The notes beneath the pieces were generated by a model. It saw nothing but the letters and a program-made list of their open reading frames with translations. It searched no databases and was not told where the DNA came from. The translations under genes and the position numbers were made by a program. From Acinetobacter phage nACB2, in sequence record OQ032512.1: DNA of 64,000 nucleotides. One strand, 5' to 3'. How positions within the stretch are numbered: position 1 is the first letter of the stretch; each line of letters starts with the position of its first letter. Positions 18,744 through 28,345 of this stretch are shown here, piece by piece.

Positions 18744-18810
18744 AAGCCCTGTCTAGTACAGGGCTTTTTAATACCAAAATACTGGGTTCCAGACGGTAGG
18801 TTGGAACGTA
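18744..18810 (+). repeat. Composite element: terminator hairpin (agccctgtctagtacagggct + T-run) followed by stem-loop GTTCCA-gACGGTAGGt-TGGAAC
   Basis: Near-copy at 47809..47872 in the same orientation. Confidence 0.55.
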
Positions 18811-18820
18811 GGAAAAAGTC

Positions 18821-18850
18821 CTTTACTTTTTCTTGAATATTGATTATAAT
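18821..18850 (+). promoter_or_regulatory. Early promoter CTTTAC-N18-TATAAT
   Basis: Part of a 78-bp repeat that is about 97 percent identical to 19211..19290. Confidence 0.6.
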
Positions 18851-18891
18851 TCTAATCATAAGGTTCAATAACACTCAACGGAGTAAATCAA

Positions 18892-19146
18892 ATGACTAAA
18901 CTTACAGAAAATCAAAAAATTGTTTTAAACGCTCTCATTGGTACTCAAACTTTCGCAAATCAACGCTGGACACCAACTTCTACAGTAGCTGAACGTTGCG
19001 GTCTTTCTAAATTGGTAGTTGCTGGCGTTATGTGCTCATTGATTAACAAAGGTTTAGTTGTATCAATGAAGACTAAAGAGGGTTCGGTGTACGAATTCAC
19101 ATTAGATGGTAATGCGACTTTGATTGAGGAATTGTTAAAGGCTTGA
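18892..19146 (+). CDS. Small winged-helix DNA-binding protein (paralog 1)
   Basis: N-terminus MTKLTENQK. The segment SKLVVAGVMCSLINKGLV looks like an HTH. Confidence 0.5.
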   Translation: MTKLTENQKIVLNALIGTQTFANQRWTPTSTVAERCGLSKLVVAGVMCSLINKGLVVSMKTKEGSVYEFTLDGNATLIEELLKA

Positions 19147-19162
19147 AAGTTAAAATTCTAAA

Positions 19163-19190
19163 ATCCTAGTCAATTGGCTAGGATTTTTTA
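19163..19190 (+). terminator. Terminator ATCCTAG-tcaattgg-CTAGGAT plus TTTTT
   Basis: Read from the sequence. Confidence 0.6.
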
Positions 19191-19210
19191 TTGATAATAC
19201 GAAAATACCA

Positions 19211-19240
19211 CTTTACTTTTTCTTGAATATTGATTATAAT
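19211..19240 (+). promoter_or_regulatory. Early promoter CTTTAC-N18-TATAAT (second copy of the 78-bp repeat)
   Basis: Identical -35/-10 elements to 18821..18850. Confidence 0.6.
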
Positions 19241-19281
19241 TCTAATCATAAGGTTCAATATCACTCAACGGAGTAAATCAG

Positions 19282-19587
19282 ATGACTACATTAACAGACA
19301 ACCAAAAATTCCTTTTCAAAACTTTAGCAGTACACTCAGACGGCGTTGAACGCGGAATACTTATTCGAGATATCACAAATCCTGTTGACCTTAACATCAA
19401 AGCATTGGATGTTAAAGAAATATCTGACTTCACAGGTTTTCACCCTGTAGCAATTCGCGGTTTGATCCATAATCTTGAAGTGAAAGGTTTAATAATCGTA
19501 ATCAAAAATCCAAGACGCGGCAATACGCACGTTACATTTACAGATGCTGGTTACGAGTTGGTTAAGAAATACTTCCCTCCAATGTAA
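19282..19587 (+). CDS. Small winged-helix DNA-binding protein (paralog 2)
   Basis: N-terminus MTTLTDNQK is paralogous to 18892..19146. Confidence 0.5.
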   Translation: MTTLTDNQKFLFKTLAVHSDGVERGILIRDITNPVDLNIKALDVKEISDFTGFHPVAIRGLIHNLEVKGLIIVIKNPRRGNTHVTFTDAGYELVKKYFPPM

Positions 19588-19604
19588 ACCGCATGAACTG
19601 CTCA

Positions 19605-19635
19605 GGAGACCATATCGGTCTCCTTTCTTATTTCT
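19605..19635 (+). terminator. Terminator GGAGACC-atatc-GGTCTCC plus T-rich tail
   Basis: Read from the sequence. Confidence 0.6.
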
Positions 19636-19680
19636 AGTGTAAATATTCTCAGTACAAGAACTCTCACATTGGAAATAGCC

Positions 19681-21438
19681 ATGAGCAACAGACAACCTGA
19701 CAGCTATGACTTCAGAGACTTGCAAGAGGCATTACAGCAATTTCTTTCTACGCATCCTGACTTCAAAGATGTGAACTGGAAAGGATCTGTTGCCGCTCGC
19801 ATGGTCGATCTTCACGCCTATAATACATCTATCAATGCTTCAAGTGTTGGTTTCGCGTTTAATGAATCATCAATCAATTCAGCCACTATCAGAAGTAACG
19901 TAGCAGCCAAGGCTAGTGGTATATTGAACTACCTTCCTGCTTCAAAGCGCTGTTCGGAAATTCTAGTCAAGTTAGATGTACGAGCTACTGGAATCAATCC
20001 TGACGAAGATATTGCATTTGACCGCGATGTACGCTTCAACGGCGTTTCAAATCAGGTATCATTGAATTTCGTGCCTGATGGTACGTACCGCGCTAATCTA
20101 GTTGATGGGTACTATACATTCCCAGAGGTTAAACTACTTCAAGGTGAGCGTATTACAAACCGATTTGTAGTAAAGACATCTGAAGGTATAGAAACATATA
20201 TCATTCCCAACCAGCGTATTGACATCAATACATTAAAGGTTATGGTGAAGGAAGGCGACAGTCTCCAAACCTATACAAGATATCAACATCCTAATCAGTT
20301 AGGAAAGAACAACAAACTATACTACGTCAGAATTAACCCTGAAGGAAAATACGTTCTGGAGTTCGGTGATGACGTATTCAGTAGACGTTTACAATATGGT
20401 GAATCTGTTATTGTAGATTATATTGCTACGCTAGGTTCTGAAGGGAATGGTGCCGCTAAATTATCAGCTAGTGGTCTTATTGGCGGATCTACTGATATTA
20501 CCATAACTGTATTGAGCGAATACAGTAAAGGCGGGGCTGATGAAGAAAGTATTGAGTCAATTAAACGTCTAGCTCCTCTAGGGTTCGGCGCAAATGGAGT
20601 TTGTGTCACGCCTTCCGATTTCATAGCCGCAGTAAAGCGCTTCATGGGTGACTCGGTATCCGTGAATGCATGGGGCGGAGAACAGAATGATCCACCAAAG
20701 TATGGTTACACATTCATCGCAGCAAGATATAAAAACGGCACAAACCTAGATCAAATGACAAAGGATAATCTACAAGAACAGATTCAACCTTTGTGCGTTG
20801 GACAGATTACGCCTTTAATCAAAGATGCAGATATTTTCCATCTGTCGGTTGATGTAGACTATGAATACAATCCAAAGCGTACAGTTCTTTCTCGATCTCA
20901 ATTGAATAGAAAAATTGAAGAAGCAGTGAAGACGTACTCTTCAAAAAATCTGGAAAATTTCTCTACCGATTTTGATCACAATATGCTTAATGCATTTATC
21001 AAGTCTATAGATAACTCTATTATATCTGCTGATACTCAAATCAAGATATACAAAGAGATTGCAGAAGCTGAAGTTGGGTATTATTACAACGGAAAAATAG
21101 AATACGGCTCGGCTATTCTAGGTTCGTCTGTTCTAGTATCAGGCTTTAAGCCTATTGAAACAAATAGCGACAAAAATGATTATAGACTGGTTGCCTCAGG
21201 AAAAGAACTTGTAATGGAAAGGGTGAATAAAGTCACTGGTTCTGTTTCAGTATATCCTGGAAAATACGGAAGTGTGGACGAGACTAAGGGTGTGGTATAC
21301 ATTCAAAACCTTTACATTGATGAACTAGAAAAGATGAAGGCTTGGGCGCAACGTTCTGCTCTAGACAAATCAATGAAAGCAAATAAAGGCGTGATCTTCC
21401 AATTGAGTGCTGGTACAATTAATGGAGTATCACTATGA
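19681..21438 (+). CDS. 6: Baseplate wedge protein (T4 gp6 / P2 gpJ family)
   Basis: YDFRDLQEAL...DLHAYNT and ESIKRLAPLGFGANGVCVTPSDF align with T4 gp6 YDFEGSRL...LLAYNT and ERIRELGTIK...CVTATDY. Confidence 0.6.
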   Translation: MSNRQPDSYDFRDLQEALQQFLSTHPDFKDVNWKGSVAARMVDLHAYNTSINASSVGFAFNESSINSATIRSNVAAKASGILNYLPASKRCSEILVKLDVRATGINPDEDIAFDRDVRFNGVSNQVSLNFVPDGTYRANLVDGYYTFPEVKLLQGERITNRFVVKTSEGIETYIIPNQRIDINTLKVMVKEGDSLQTYTRYQHPNQLGKNNKLYYVRINPEGKYVLEFGDDVFSRRLQYGESVIVDYIATLGSEGNGAAKLSASGLIGGSTDITITVLSEYSKGGADEESIESIKRLAPLGFGANGVCVTPSDFIAAVKRFMGDSVSVNAWGGEQNDPPKYGYTFIAARYKNGTNLDQMTKDNLQEQIQPLCVGQITPLIKDADIFHLSVDVDYEYNPKRTVLSRSQLNRKIEEAVKTYSSKNLENFSTDFDHNMLNAFIKSIDNSIISADTQIKIYKEIAEAEVGYYYNGKIEYGSAILGSSVLVSGFKPIETNSDKNDYRLVASGKELVMERVNKVTGSVSVYPGKYGSVDETKGVVYIQNLYIDELEKMKAWAQRSALDKSMKANKGVIFQLSAGTINGVSL

Positions 21439-23234
21439 ATCATCTGAGAGTTGGAAAACATCTACCACTTCATTTTAAAGAAATGTACCCCAAGTTGGTA
21501 ACATTCATAGAAACGTATTATGAATTCATGAACGATTCTGGGTTTATGAATTCGGTTATACGCAGTCGCATACAAAATGGCGAAACAGAGCTGGTAAGAG
21601 ACGACGCAGAAGCATTTGTTGCAACTTTGGATGAACGTCTTAGTGGATTAGATCAGCAAACGGCAGATATACACGTTTCTGATTGGAGAGCGCCGAATTG
21701 GTGGTCTGCTAATATGATGTCAATATTAAATATGGAACGCATACCAGAGTCATTCTTGACGTCGGAGCAAAATATATTCAAGACGTCTGATGGGGAAACA
21801 TATCAATCCAATTTTGTTCATAAGAAAACTATAGAAAATTGGATGAAAGATGCTGGTTTTCCTGAAGCTTCCGCATTCGGCGGAGACGCAATTCTTACTA
21901 GCCGTATTTTACGCTCATTGTATCAATTGAAGGGAACATCAAAGGCTTTGGAGTTGTTCTTCAATGTATTTTACGGTGAGCAAGTTACAATCATCAACCC
22001 TAACAAGTTGATTGCTTGTATAGATGGTAATTTCATTCTAGATTCTAATGTTCAGATTAAAGATGATCTGTTGTTTTCGGAGTATAGTATCATCGTACAA
22101 TCTGAACACCCTAGAGAATATTACGAACCCTTGTACACCGATGTTTATCTAAAAATGTTCCACCCAGCTGGTTTTGGTGTTTCATTCTCTGATACAGCTC
22201 CGATTCATAATGAATACAACATCAATAAGTTGGATCCATTCCTTAGTAAACCATACGCGCCGCATATCTCCAATACTGGTATGATATCTGTTAAGGGTAT
22301 TCAGGGAGGAAACTCTTGGGAATATACGACAAATTATGGCTCACGGTACATCAAGGGCTTTGGAACTTCATTCCAATTGCCTGACGGGATCTACTCTGAA
22401 GGTCGAGTAGGTGTGCGTCAAGTTACGCCGTACGGAGAGTTGGGTGAGACAACCTTTATGTCTGAGTTCGTCATTGAAACGTCTAAACCAGAGATAACAG
22501 CAGGAATTGATTCTGAGTACAAACGTATCAGAGGGCAAACTATTCCACGCGTTGAAGTCAAGTTGATGCGTTATAACGGAGACGTCATCCAAACGACAAA
22601 ATCTGATAGTAAAGGTATATACCGTTTCTTGTTTAGTTCGGGAATTACTAGAGGTGAATACCTATTGGGCGTAACATCTAATGCTGGCAACGAGAATACA
22701 ATTTCTTTGACAGTAGACTATCGCAACAAATCCCTTCCTATACCTACGTTAGTATTGAGCAATGATAGCGGAGAGTCTAACAAAGATTACATCACCAATG
22801 ACGGCAAAGTTATCGTAGAACACACGGAAGGCTACAATTGGGAATACTCTGTTGACGGCGGTTTCAATTGGAATGATGGCTCAGGAAATAGTTTCAGACT
22901 TAAACACGGTTCATATAAAATGAATTCAATAATGGTCAGAACTAAAGAAGGTCGTTTCCATAGCACTGTAAATGCTCTGTCCAGAAATGTTCAGGTCATT
23001 CTTCTTCTACCAAAAATTGATATTAAGCGCGTGAATAATACTTTGGAGATATATTCCAAAGATGTGAAAACAATATCTATCTTCAGAAATGGGTCTTATA
23101 TCAAAACCATTGATCTTGTTTCAAACGCGTATTCATTTTCTATAGAACTTGTTGATTGGGACATGTATGTGTTTAAGTCTACAGATGCGGCGGGCAATAA
23201 GGTAGAACAAGAATACACTATTCAAATCATATAA
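21435..23234 (+). CDS. 7: Baseplate wedge protein related to the C-terminal half of T4 gp7, with C-terminal Ig-like repeats
   Basis: EYSIIVQSE matches T4 gp7 EYDIIVQSD. A F.E.Y..Y block is shared. 599 aa against 1032 aa in T4. Confidence 0.5.
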   Translation: MNHLRVGKHLPLHFKEMYPKLVTFIETYYEFMNDSGFMNSVIRSRIQNGETELVRDDAEAFVATLDERLSGLDQQTADIHVSDWRAPNWWSANMMSILNMERIPESFLTSEQNIFKTSDGETYQSNFVHKKTIENWMKDAGFPEASAFGGDAILTSRILRSLYQLKGTSKALELFFNVFYGEQVTIINPNKLIACIDGNFILDSNVQIKDDLLFSEYSIIVQSEHPREYYEPLYTDVYLKMFHPAGFGVSFSDTAPIHNEYNINKLDPFLSKPYAPHISNTGMISVKGIQGGNSWEYTTNYGSRYIKGFGTSFQLPDGIYSEGRVGVRQVTPYGELGETTFMSEFVIETSKPEITAGIDSEYKRIRGQTIPRVEVKLMRYNGDVIQTTKSDSKGIYRFLFSSGITRGEYLLGVTSNAGNENTISLTVDYRNKSLPIPTLVLSNDSGESNKDYITNDGKVIVEHTEGYNWEYSVDGGFNWNDGSGNSFRLKHGSYKMNSIMVRTKEGRFHSTVNALSRNVQVILLLPKIDIKRVNNTLEIYSKDVKTISIFRNGSYIKTIDLVSNAYSFSIELVDWDMYVFKSTDAAGNKVEQEYTIQII

Positions 23235-23259
23235 GTACAGATAGATCAGGAGAAATACG

Positions 23260-23772
23260 ATGTCATTTTCTATCTCACCACAAGTGAACATTTTTGAGAC
23301 GGACGCCACTTCTTTGGCTGTACCGTTCTCAGGCGACACGGTAGGAGCTATGTCTGGTACTGCCCAATGGGGCGCAGTCATGAAGCCCATATTCATTAAC
23401 AAAGGTATTGACGAGTATCTGGAGAAGATGTTTCCTCCTAAATCTCCAAGCTCAGAGACCTTTTACATCGCAAAAGATTATCTGCAATATAGCAATAAAC
23501 TAGCTTTTGTACGAGTTGTTGGTAAAAAAGCCAGAAACGCATGCTATAAAAAGGCTTCTGATAACGTTGCTCATCACAGAATCTCTATTTCATCAGCGCC
23601 TGTACTTCATATCGTAGACACTACGACTGAACCAAATGCCACAGTAGAATTAATTGTGAATGGAGTTGTACAAGATGTAAACGTTACCAATCAGAATGCT
23701 GACACGGCGTTCCAAGTTGAAGTTCCGGAAGGAAAGAGAATCGTTTGGATGCGTTTGACCAAACAAGACTAA
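23260..23772 (+). CDS. Tail-sheath N-terminal-domain paralog (residues 1-95) plus an extra ~75-aa beta-rich C-terminal domain
   Basis: MSFSISPQVNIFE...FYIAKDYLQYSNKLAFVRVVGKKARN parallels the T4 gp18 N-terminus and ORF 23820..24116. Confidence 0.5.
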   Translation: MSFSISPQVNIFETDATSLAVPFSGDTVGAMSGTAQWGAVMKPIFINKGIDEYLEKMFPPKSPSSETFYIAKDYLQYSNKLAFVRVVGKKARNACYKKASDNVAHHRISISSAPVLHIVDTTTEPNATVELIVNGVVQDVNVTNQNADTAFQVEVPEGKRIVWMRLTKQD

Positions 23773-23819
23773 GTAATAACAGTTGAACATATACAACTAT
23801 CAAATAAGGAGGAAGTCTT

Positions 23820-24116
23820 ATGGCTTTCAGTATTTCTCCTCAGATCAACATCTATGAAGTAGACAATACCACTTTTGTCGAAACAAAGGGTGACACCATG
23901 GGGGCAATGGCAGGTTATGCGCGTTGGGGTAAGTGTGGTCAAATCACACCTATCACTACTGGTGGTACTCAGTTCGCTGAAACCTTTTTCAAACCAGATG
24001 CGCAGACAGCACTAAGTTTCTTCATTGCTGCGGACTTTTTACGTTACACCAACAAGATGTTCTTTGTACGTGTGATCGGCGAGAAGGCGCGTAACTCAAC
24101 AATTTCTTCGGAGTAA
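23820..24116 (+). CDS. 18: Tail sheath N-terminal fragment (equivalent to T4 gp18 residues 1-95)
   Basis: FFIAADFLRYTNKMFFVRVIGEKARNS matches T4 gp18 YFMSAMNFLQYGNDLRVVRAVDRDTAKNS. Ends in two in-frame stops, TAA TGA. Confidence 0.65.
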   Translation: MAFSISPQINIYEVDNTTFVETKGDTMGAMAGYARWGKCGQITPITTGGTQFAETFFKPDAQTALSFFIAADFLRYTNKMFFVRVIGEKARNSTISSE

Positions 24117-24122
24117 TGAATA

Positions 24123-25730
24123 ATGGTTGATTCAAACCTTTTAATCCGTAATGAAGACGAGCTCGAATTTGCGGACTTTGCTGGTTCACCTTTTGCTGGA
24201 CGCTATCCTGGTAGCCTAGCAAACGGTATTATGATCAGCGTGGCAGACAGCGCTTCATTCTCTACGTGGCCATTCGCATATTCTTTTGAATACGTCCCAG
24301 ACGCAGGTCAGGTGGCAGTAGCAGTTGTGGATACAACTGGTAAAATCAAAGGAACAGGTTCTGCGTATCAGGAATTCAACTTATATATTGAGCGCATTCG
24401 CAAGCCTGAATTAGTTGCAACGTCTACCATTACCATTGGTGGTGCTGCTATTGAATATTCTACTGACGTTTCTATTGCTGATCTTGTTGCAGATATTCAG
24501 ACCAAGTTTATGGCAGCAGCTTCAAATAGCACAAAATACGCTATTGTTGAAACTAAAGTAAGTGGTAACACTGCTATTATCAGCATGCGTAATCTTGTGT
24601 TGGGTAATGAACGTCCGTCTATTCAGACTGATGATTTCCTTCACATTGTTTCTAACGTCACAAAGGCAGGTGGCTATGGTACATTGTTGGAAAAATATGA
24701 ATCTGTGTCACTGACCAAGGGTAGCAAGAAAGAAGATGGTTCAAGTAACTATATTCTTGACGTTATCAACCGTCAATCGAAGTGGATCTATGTTAACCCA
24801 GCGTTGACTACAATTGCACCAGACGATTACGTTCTTGACGGTGGTGAAGACGACTATGACACAACCCTCTATGAAGGTCTGTCAATGTTCAAAAACGCCG
24901 AACGCTACAAGATCAACTATCTATTTGGCGCTTTGCGTCCACTAGAGAAAAAGCTGATCCATGAAGTGGTAGAAGGGCGTAAAGACTGTATTGGCTTTGT
25001 GGCTCCAGATATGGAAGATGTCGTAAACAATAGCGGCAATGAAATGACTTCTGTCATTGACTTCCGTAATGTGCGTTTCAACATTAACTCTACGTATGTG
25101 TTCACTACAGACAACTGGGCTCAAGTGTACGATCAGTACAATGACCGCTTCGTTTGGATTCCAACTTGTGGCGGCACAGCTGGTCTGAAAGCGCGTACTA
25201 CCGATGAAGTATCAGCTTGGAAGTCTCACGCTGGTTATACTCGTGGTGTGTATGCGGGTTATAACAAGTTAGCTTGGTCAGCTGAAAAGGGTGAGCGCGA
25301 TGAGTTGTACAAAATCGGCGTAAACTCTATTATTGATGCAGGTTCTGACGGTATGGTACTTCTTGGCGACAAGATGACTACATCTAAGCCTACAGCATTT
25401 AGCCGTATCAACGTTCGTTCTGCGTTCATTGTGGCTGAGCAGTCTATTGCCAACTACGCGAAATATTACTTCTTTGAAAACAACAATGAAGAAACGCGTT
25501 CTCAATTCTTGAATGCTGTGAATCCTTTCTTCCGTAAAATGGTTACACAAGAAGCATTTGAAAAGGTTGAAACGCAGGTTGATGAAAATAACAACCCATT
25601 GTCTGTTCGCCAAGAAAACCGTTTCGTGGCTAACTTCCGTATCTGGCCTCAGTACAGCATCAATTACATTGACTTGTACTTCCAAGCTGAAGGTTCTAAC
25701 GCTTCATTTGAAGAAAACGAAGCTCAATAA
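24123..25730 (+). CDS. 18: Tail sheath main body (gp18 residues ~100 to the end)
   Basis: Same frame as 23820..24116, with its own GGAG RBS. C-terminal region is gp18-like (PTCGGTAGL...GYTRG...RINVRS). Confidence 0.7.
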   Translation: MVDSNLLIRNEDELEFADFAGSPFAGRYPGSLANGIMISVADSASFSTWPFAYSFEYVPDAGQVAVAVVDTTGKIKGTGSAYQEFNLYIERIRKPELVATSTITIGGAAIEYSTDVSIADLVADIQTKFMAAASNSTKYAIVETKVSGNTAIISMRNLVLGNERPSIQTDDFLHIVSNVTKAGGYGTLLEKYESVSLTKGSKKEDGSSNYILDVINRQSKWIYVNPALTTIAPDDYVLDGGEDDYDTTLYEGLSMFKNAERYKINYLFGALRPLEKKLIHEVVEGRKDCIGFVAPDMEDVVNNSGNEMTSVIDFRNVRFNINSTYVFTTDNWAQVYDQYNDRFVWIPTCGGTAGLKARTTDEVSAWKSHAGYTRGVYAGYNKLAWSAEKGERDELYKIGVNSIIDAGSDGMVLLGDKMTTSKPTAFSRINVRSAFIVAEQSIANYAKYYFFENNNEETRSQFLNAVNPFFRKMVTQEAFEKVETQVDENNNPLSVRQENRFVANFRIWPQYSINYIDLYFQAEGSNASFEENEAQ

Positions 25731-25775
25731 ATAGAGTGAGGGAGGAAACTCCCTCAATTTCATAAGGATGAAAAC

Positions 25776-26303
25776 ATGTCAGTACAAGACTTGAAGAATT
25801 CGGTGAAGAGTGGTTTGTATCGTAACCACAAATTCCGCGTTCTGTTTAACTTTCCTGAGTTCGCAGGTACAGCAGACGTTGTGAAACAAGCAGCTGTATT
25901 AGGGCGTTCTTCAAAAACACCTTCATCAACTATGGGTGTTATTGAAGTACCTTTTGAAGGTCGTACTGTACCTCTTCCTGGCGACCGTCAGTTCGAAGAG
26001 TTCTCAATCACGCTTTTAGCTGTGAACGACTTCAAAGTGCGTAATACGCTTGAAATTTGGCAAGAATACATCAATGGTAGTGAATCAAATACTACTACTT
26101 CATTGGATTACACTGATTTCTTACGTGATATCACTGTTGAAATGCTTGATGTAAATGACCGTGTTGTGAAGACTTATACACTTCAAGACGCTTGGCCATC
26201 TCTTATTGACGGTATTGATTTGGATCGCGGTTCTATGGACAGCTCATCTGAATTCAACGTGACTCTACGTTACCTTCAGTTTACATCGAACACTACTCGC
26301 TAA
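25776..26303 (+). CDS. 19: Tail tube protein (gp19)
   Basis: 175 aa, lies between sheath and portal, gp19-like pattern. Confidence 0.65.
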   Translation: MSVQDLKNSVKSGLYRNHKFRVLFNFPEFAGTADVVKQAAVLGRSSKTPSSTMGVIEVPFEGRTVPLPGDRQFEEFSITLLAVNDFKVRNTLEIWQEYINGSESNTTTSLDYTDFLRDITVEMLDVNDRVVKTYTLQDAWPSLIDGIDLDRGSMDSSSEFNVTLRYLQFTSNTTR

Positions 26304-26315
26304 GGCAGGTGACAA

Positions 26316-27863
26316 ATGGCAGCTTCATGGTTTGGATTGACTAGCAAAAAAGCAAAAGCGATCGAGGCAAAACTCGCTCCGTTACAATTAAGAGCGACAG
26401 ACCCATTAGATGGTTCTTTGGTTTTGAGCGGATTCCACCATGAATCTGCCAACCTAGCCATAGATGGTACGTTCCAAAACTCCGCTGCCCTTATCAATGA
26501 ATATCGGGATATGGCTATTGACCCTGACGTTGATATGGCGGTGGACGATATTATCAATTCTATTGTTACTTGTGAAGAAGACAAACGCGCCGTTGAACTT
26601 GATTTCTCTAAGCTAGAAATGAGCGACGCGATGTGCGAAAAGTTTAGAAAGGAATTTGACCGCCTTCTTCATTTAATGGATTTCAATGAAAACGGCTACG
26701 AACGTATTAAACAATGGTACGTTGATGGGCGTCAATATATTCAGCCTGTTCTAGACCCATCGAGACACAAAGAAGGTATCAAAAAGCTGGTATTTCTTGA
26801 CTCTAGAACTGTTCAAAAGGTCAAGATGATTGAAAAGAAATCAGCAATCGTTGACCGCAAACAAGTAGAAGTAATTGACCGTATCAAAGATTGTTTTGTA
26901 TTCAACCCCTTCTGGGCACCTGAATACAATACCTTCAGTAACAGTTTGTCAATGCCTGCTATCACGCGCCTAGACACTCAGATACTAGATCAGGATGCCC
27001 TTATTTACGTGCATTCAGGTGTTAAAGATCCTCTTACAGGCGTTGTTGTATCAGATTTAGAAAAAGCCAAAAAACCACTAAATAATTTAAAAATGCTACG
27101 TGACGCTCAGGTGATCTATCGCTTGACGCGTTCTGTAGAAAAGCGTGTGTTTAAAGTTGATGTTGGTTCTTTACCGCCTAAACAGGCTGAAGAGCAGATG
27201 AAGAAAGTCATCCGTGAACACAAGACTAAGATGCAGTATGATCCTAAGTCTGGTAAGGTGAACGGTAAAGGTCACCAACAACATATGCTTGAAGACTTTT
27301 GGTTCCCAGTACGAGACGGTGGTCGCGGTTCAGACGTTTCTACATTAGCTGGCGCTCAAAACCTTTCTGAAATTGATGATATTCTTTACTTCCAAAAACT
27401 TCTGTACCGTTCTCTAAACACACCTGAAGGGCGTTTAGGTGATCAACAACCTACTTTATTTGGTAACAGAAATGCCGAAATGACTAGGGATGAATGGAAG
27501 TTTAATAAGTTCGTTATGCGTAAGCGTAAACGCTACGCTGACGGTGTATTCATTCCTCTTCTCAAAATTCAAGCTGTTTCTCAAAATATTGTTACAGACG
27601 AAGAATGGGAACGCGATATTGCTCCTAATCTGAATTTCAAATGGTTATCTGATTCTTGGGTTGAAGATCAGCAAGAAACAGACCAGTTGATGAATCGGTT
27701 CTCCAATCTTGGAAGCGTGGACGAGTATGTAGGTAAATATATTTCAGATGAATGGGTATATGAAAACATCCTTCGTTTCACACCTGAGCAAATCAAGCGT
27801 GAAAAAGAGCGTGTAGCAAAAATGCCAAAACCTACTGAAGGAGAAGATCCAAATGGCTTTTAA
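26316..27863 (+). CDS. 20: Portal vertex protein (gp20)
   Basis: 515 aa. Similar to the T4 gp20 N-terminus and core. Confidence 0.75.
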   Translation: MAASWFGLTSKKAKAIEAKLAPLQLRATDPLDGSLVLSGFHHESANLAIDGTFQNSAALINEYRDMAIDPDVDMAVDDIINSIVTCEEDKRAVELDFSKLEMSDAMCEKFRKEFDRLLHLMDFNENGYERIKQWYVDGRQYIQPVLDPSRHKEGIKKLVFLDSRTVQKVKMIEKKSAIVDRKQVEVIDRIKDCFVFNPFWAPEYNTFSNSLSMPAITRLDTQILDQDALIYVHSGVKDPLTGVVVSDLEKAKKPLNNLKMLRDAQVIYRLTRSVEKRVFKVDVGSLPPKQAEEQMKKVIREHKTKMQYDPKSGKVNGKGHQQHMLEDFWFPVRDGGRGSDVSTLAGAQNLSEIDDILYFQKLLYRSLNTPEGRLGDQQPTLFGNRNAEMTRDEWKFNKFVMRKRKRYADGVFIPLLKIQAVSQNIVTDEEWERDIAPNLNFKWLSDSWVEDQQETDQLMNRFSNLGSVDEYVGKYISDEWVYENILRFTPEQIKREKERVAKMPKPTEGEDPNGF

Positions 27864-28053
27864 AGAAGAACTAGCAGAAGCAATTTTGCAAGTACAAGAA
27901 TCTGAAGGTGGTGCTCTAGGTAATAGCACTGAAGCACTTACAGGCGCTGTTACAAACCGTCTAGATCAAGGTCTAGCTATTTTGAAACGCGAATGCCAAA
28001 AGGCTTACAAAGGTAAATTTGTTGGCGGCGATGGCATCAACGAAAACAAGTGA
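27853..28053 (+). CDS. 67: Prohead core protein (gp67-like)
   Basis: Small acidic protein immediately after the portal gene. Confidence 0.45.
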   Translation: MAFKEELAEAILQVQESEGGALGNSTEALTGAVTNRLDQGLAILKRECQKAYKGKFVGGDGINENK

Positions 28054-28345
28054 GAATATTGCGATGCAAGATATTAACACAGAAGATTTGGTTGAGAAAT
28101 TCATCTATAAGGTGAATTTCAAAGGCAAGAAGCGCAAGAAATTATCTTGTCCTCCTGGCTATCATCCAAATGCAGAAGGTACTGCTTGCGTTCCAATGAC
28201 TTCATCTATGAAGACTCATTTGAAGTTGGGTGCAAGAGCAGGTAAGCGCACTAAAAAGGCAATGGGCGTTGGCTTTATCAAGCGTACAGTACGTAAGATG
28301 CGTAAAGCCATGAAGTTCCGTAAAGCATATGGGTACTCAAAATGA
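28019..28345 (+). CDS. 68: Prohead core protein (gp68-like), very basic C-terminus
   Basis: Called by position between gp67 and gp21. Start uncertain; an alternative ATG is at 28064. Confidence 0.4.
   Translation: MLAAMASTKTSENIAMQDINTEDLVEKFIYKVNFKGKKRKKLSCPPGYHPNAEGTACVPMTSSMKTHLKLGARAGKRTKKAMGVGFIKRTVRKMRKAMKFRKAYGYSK

Noticed and set aside
24114-24119. Stop-codon readthrough joining the two sheath ORFs
   Set aside because: There are two consecutive different stops (TAA TGA), and a new GGAG RBS precedes the downstream ATG. Separate translation is the simpler reading.
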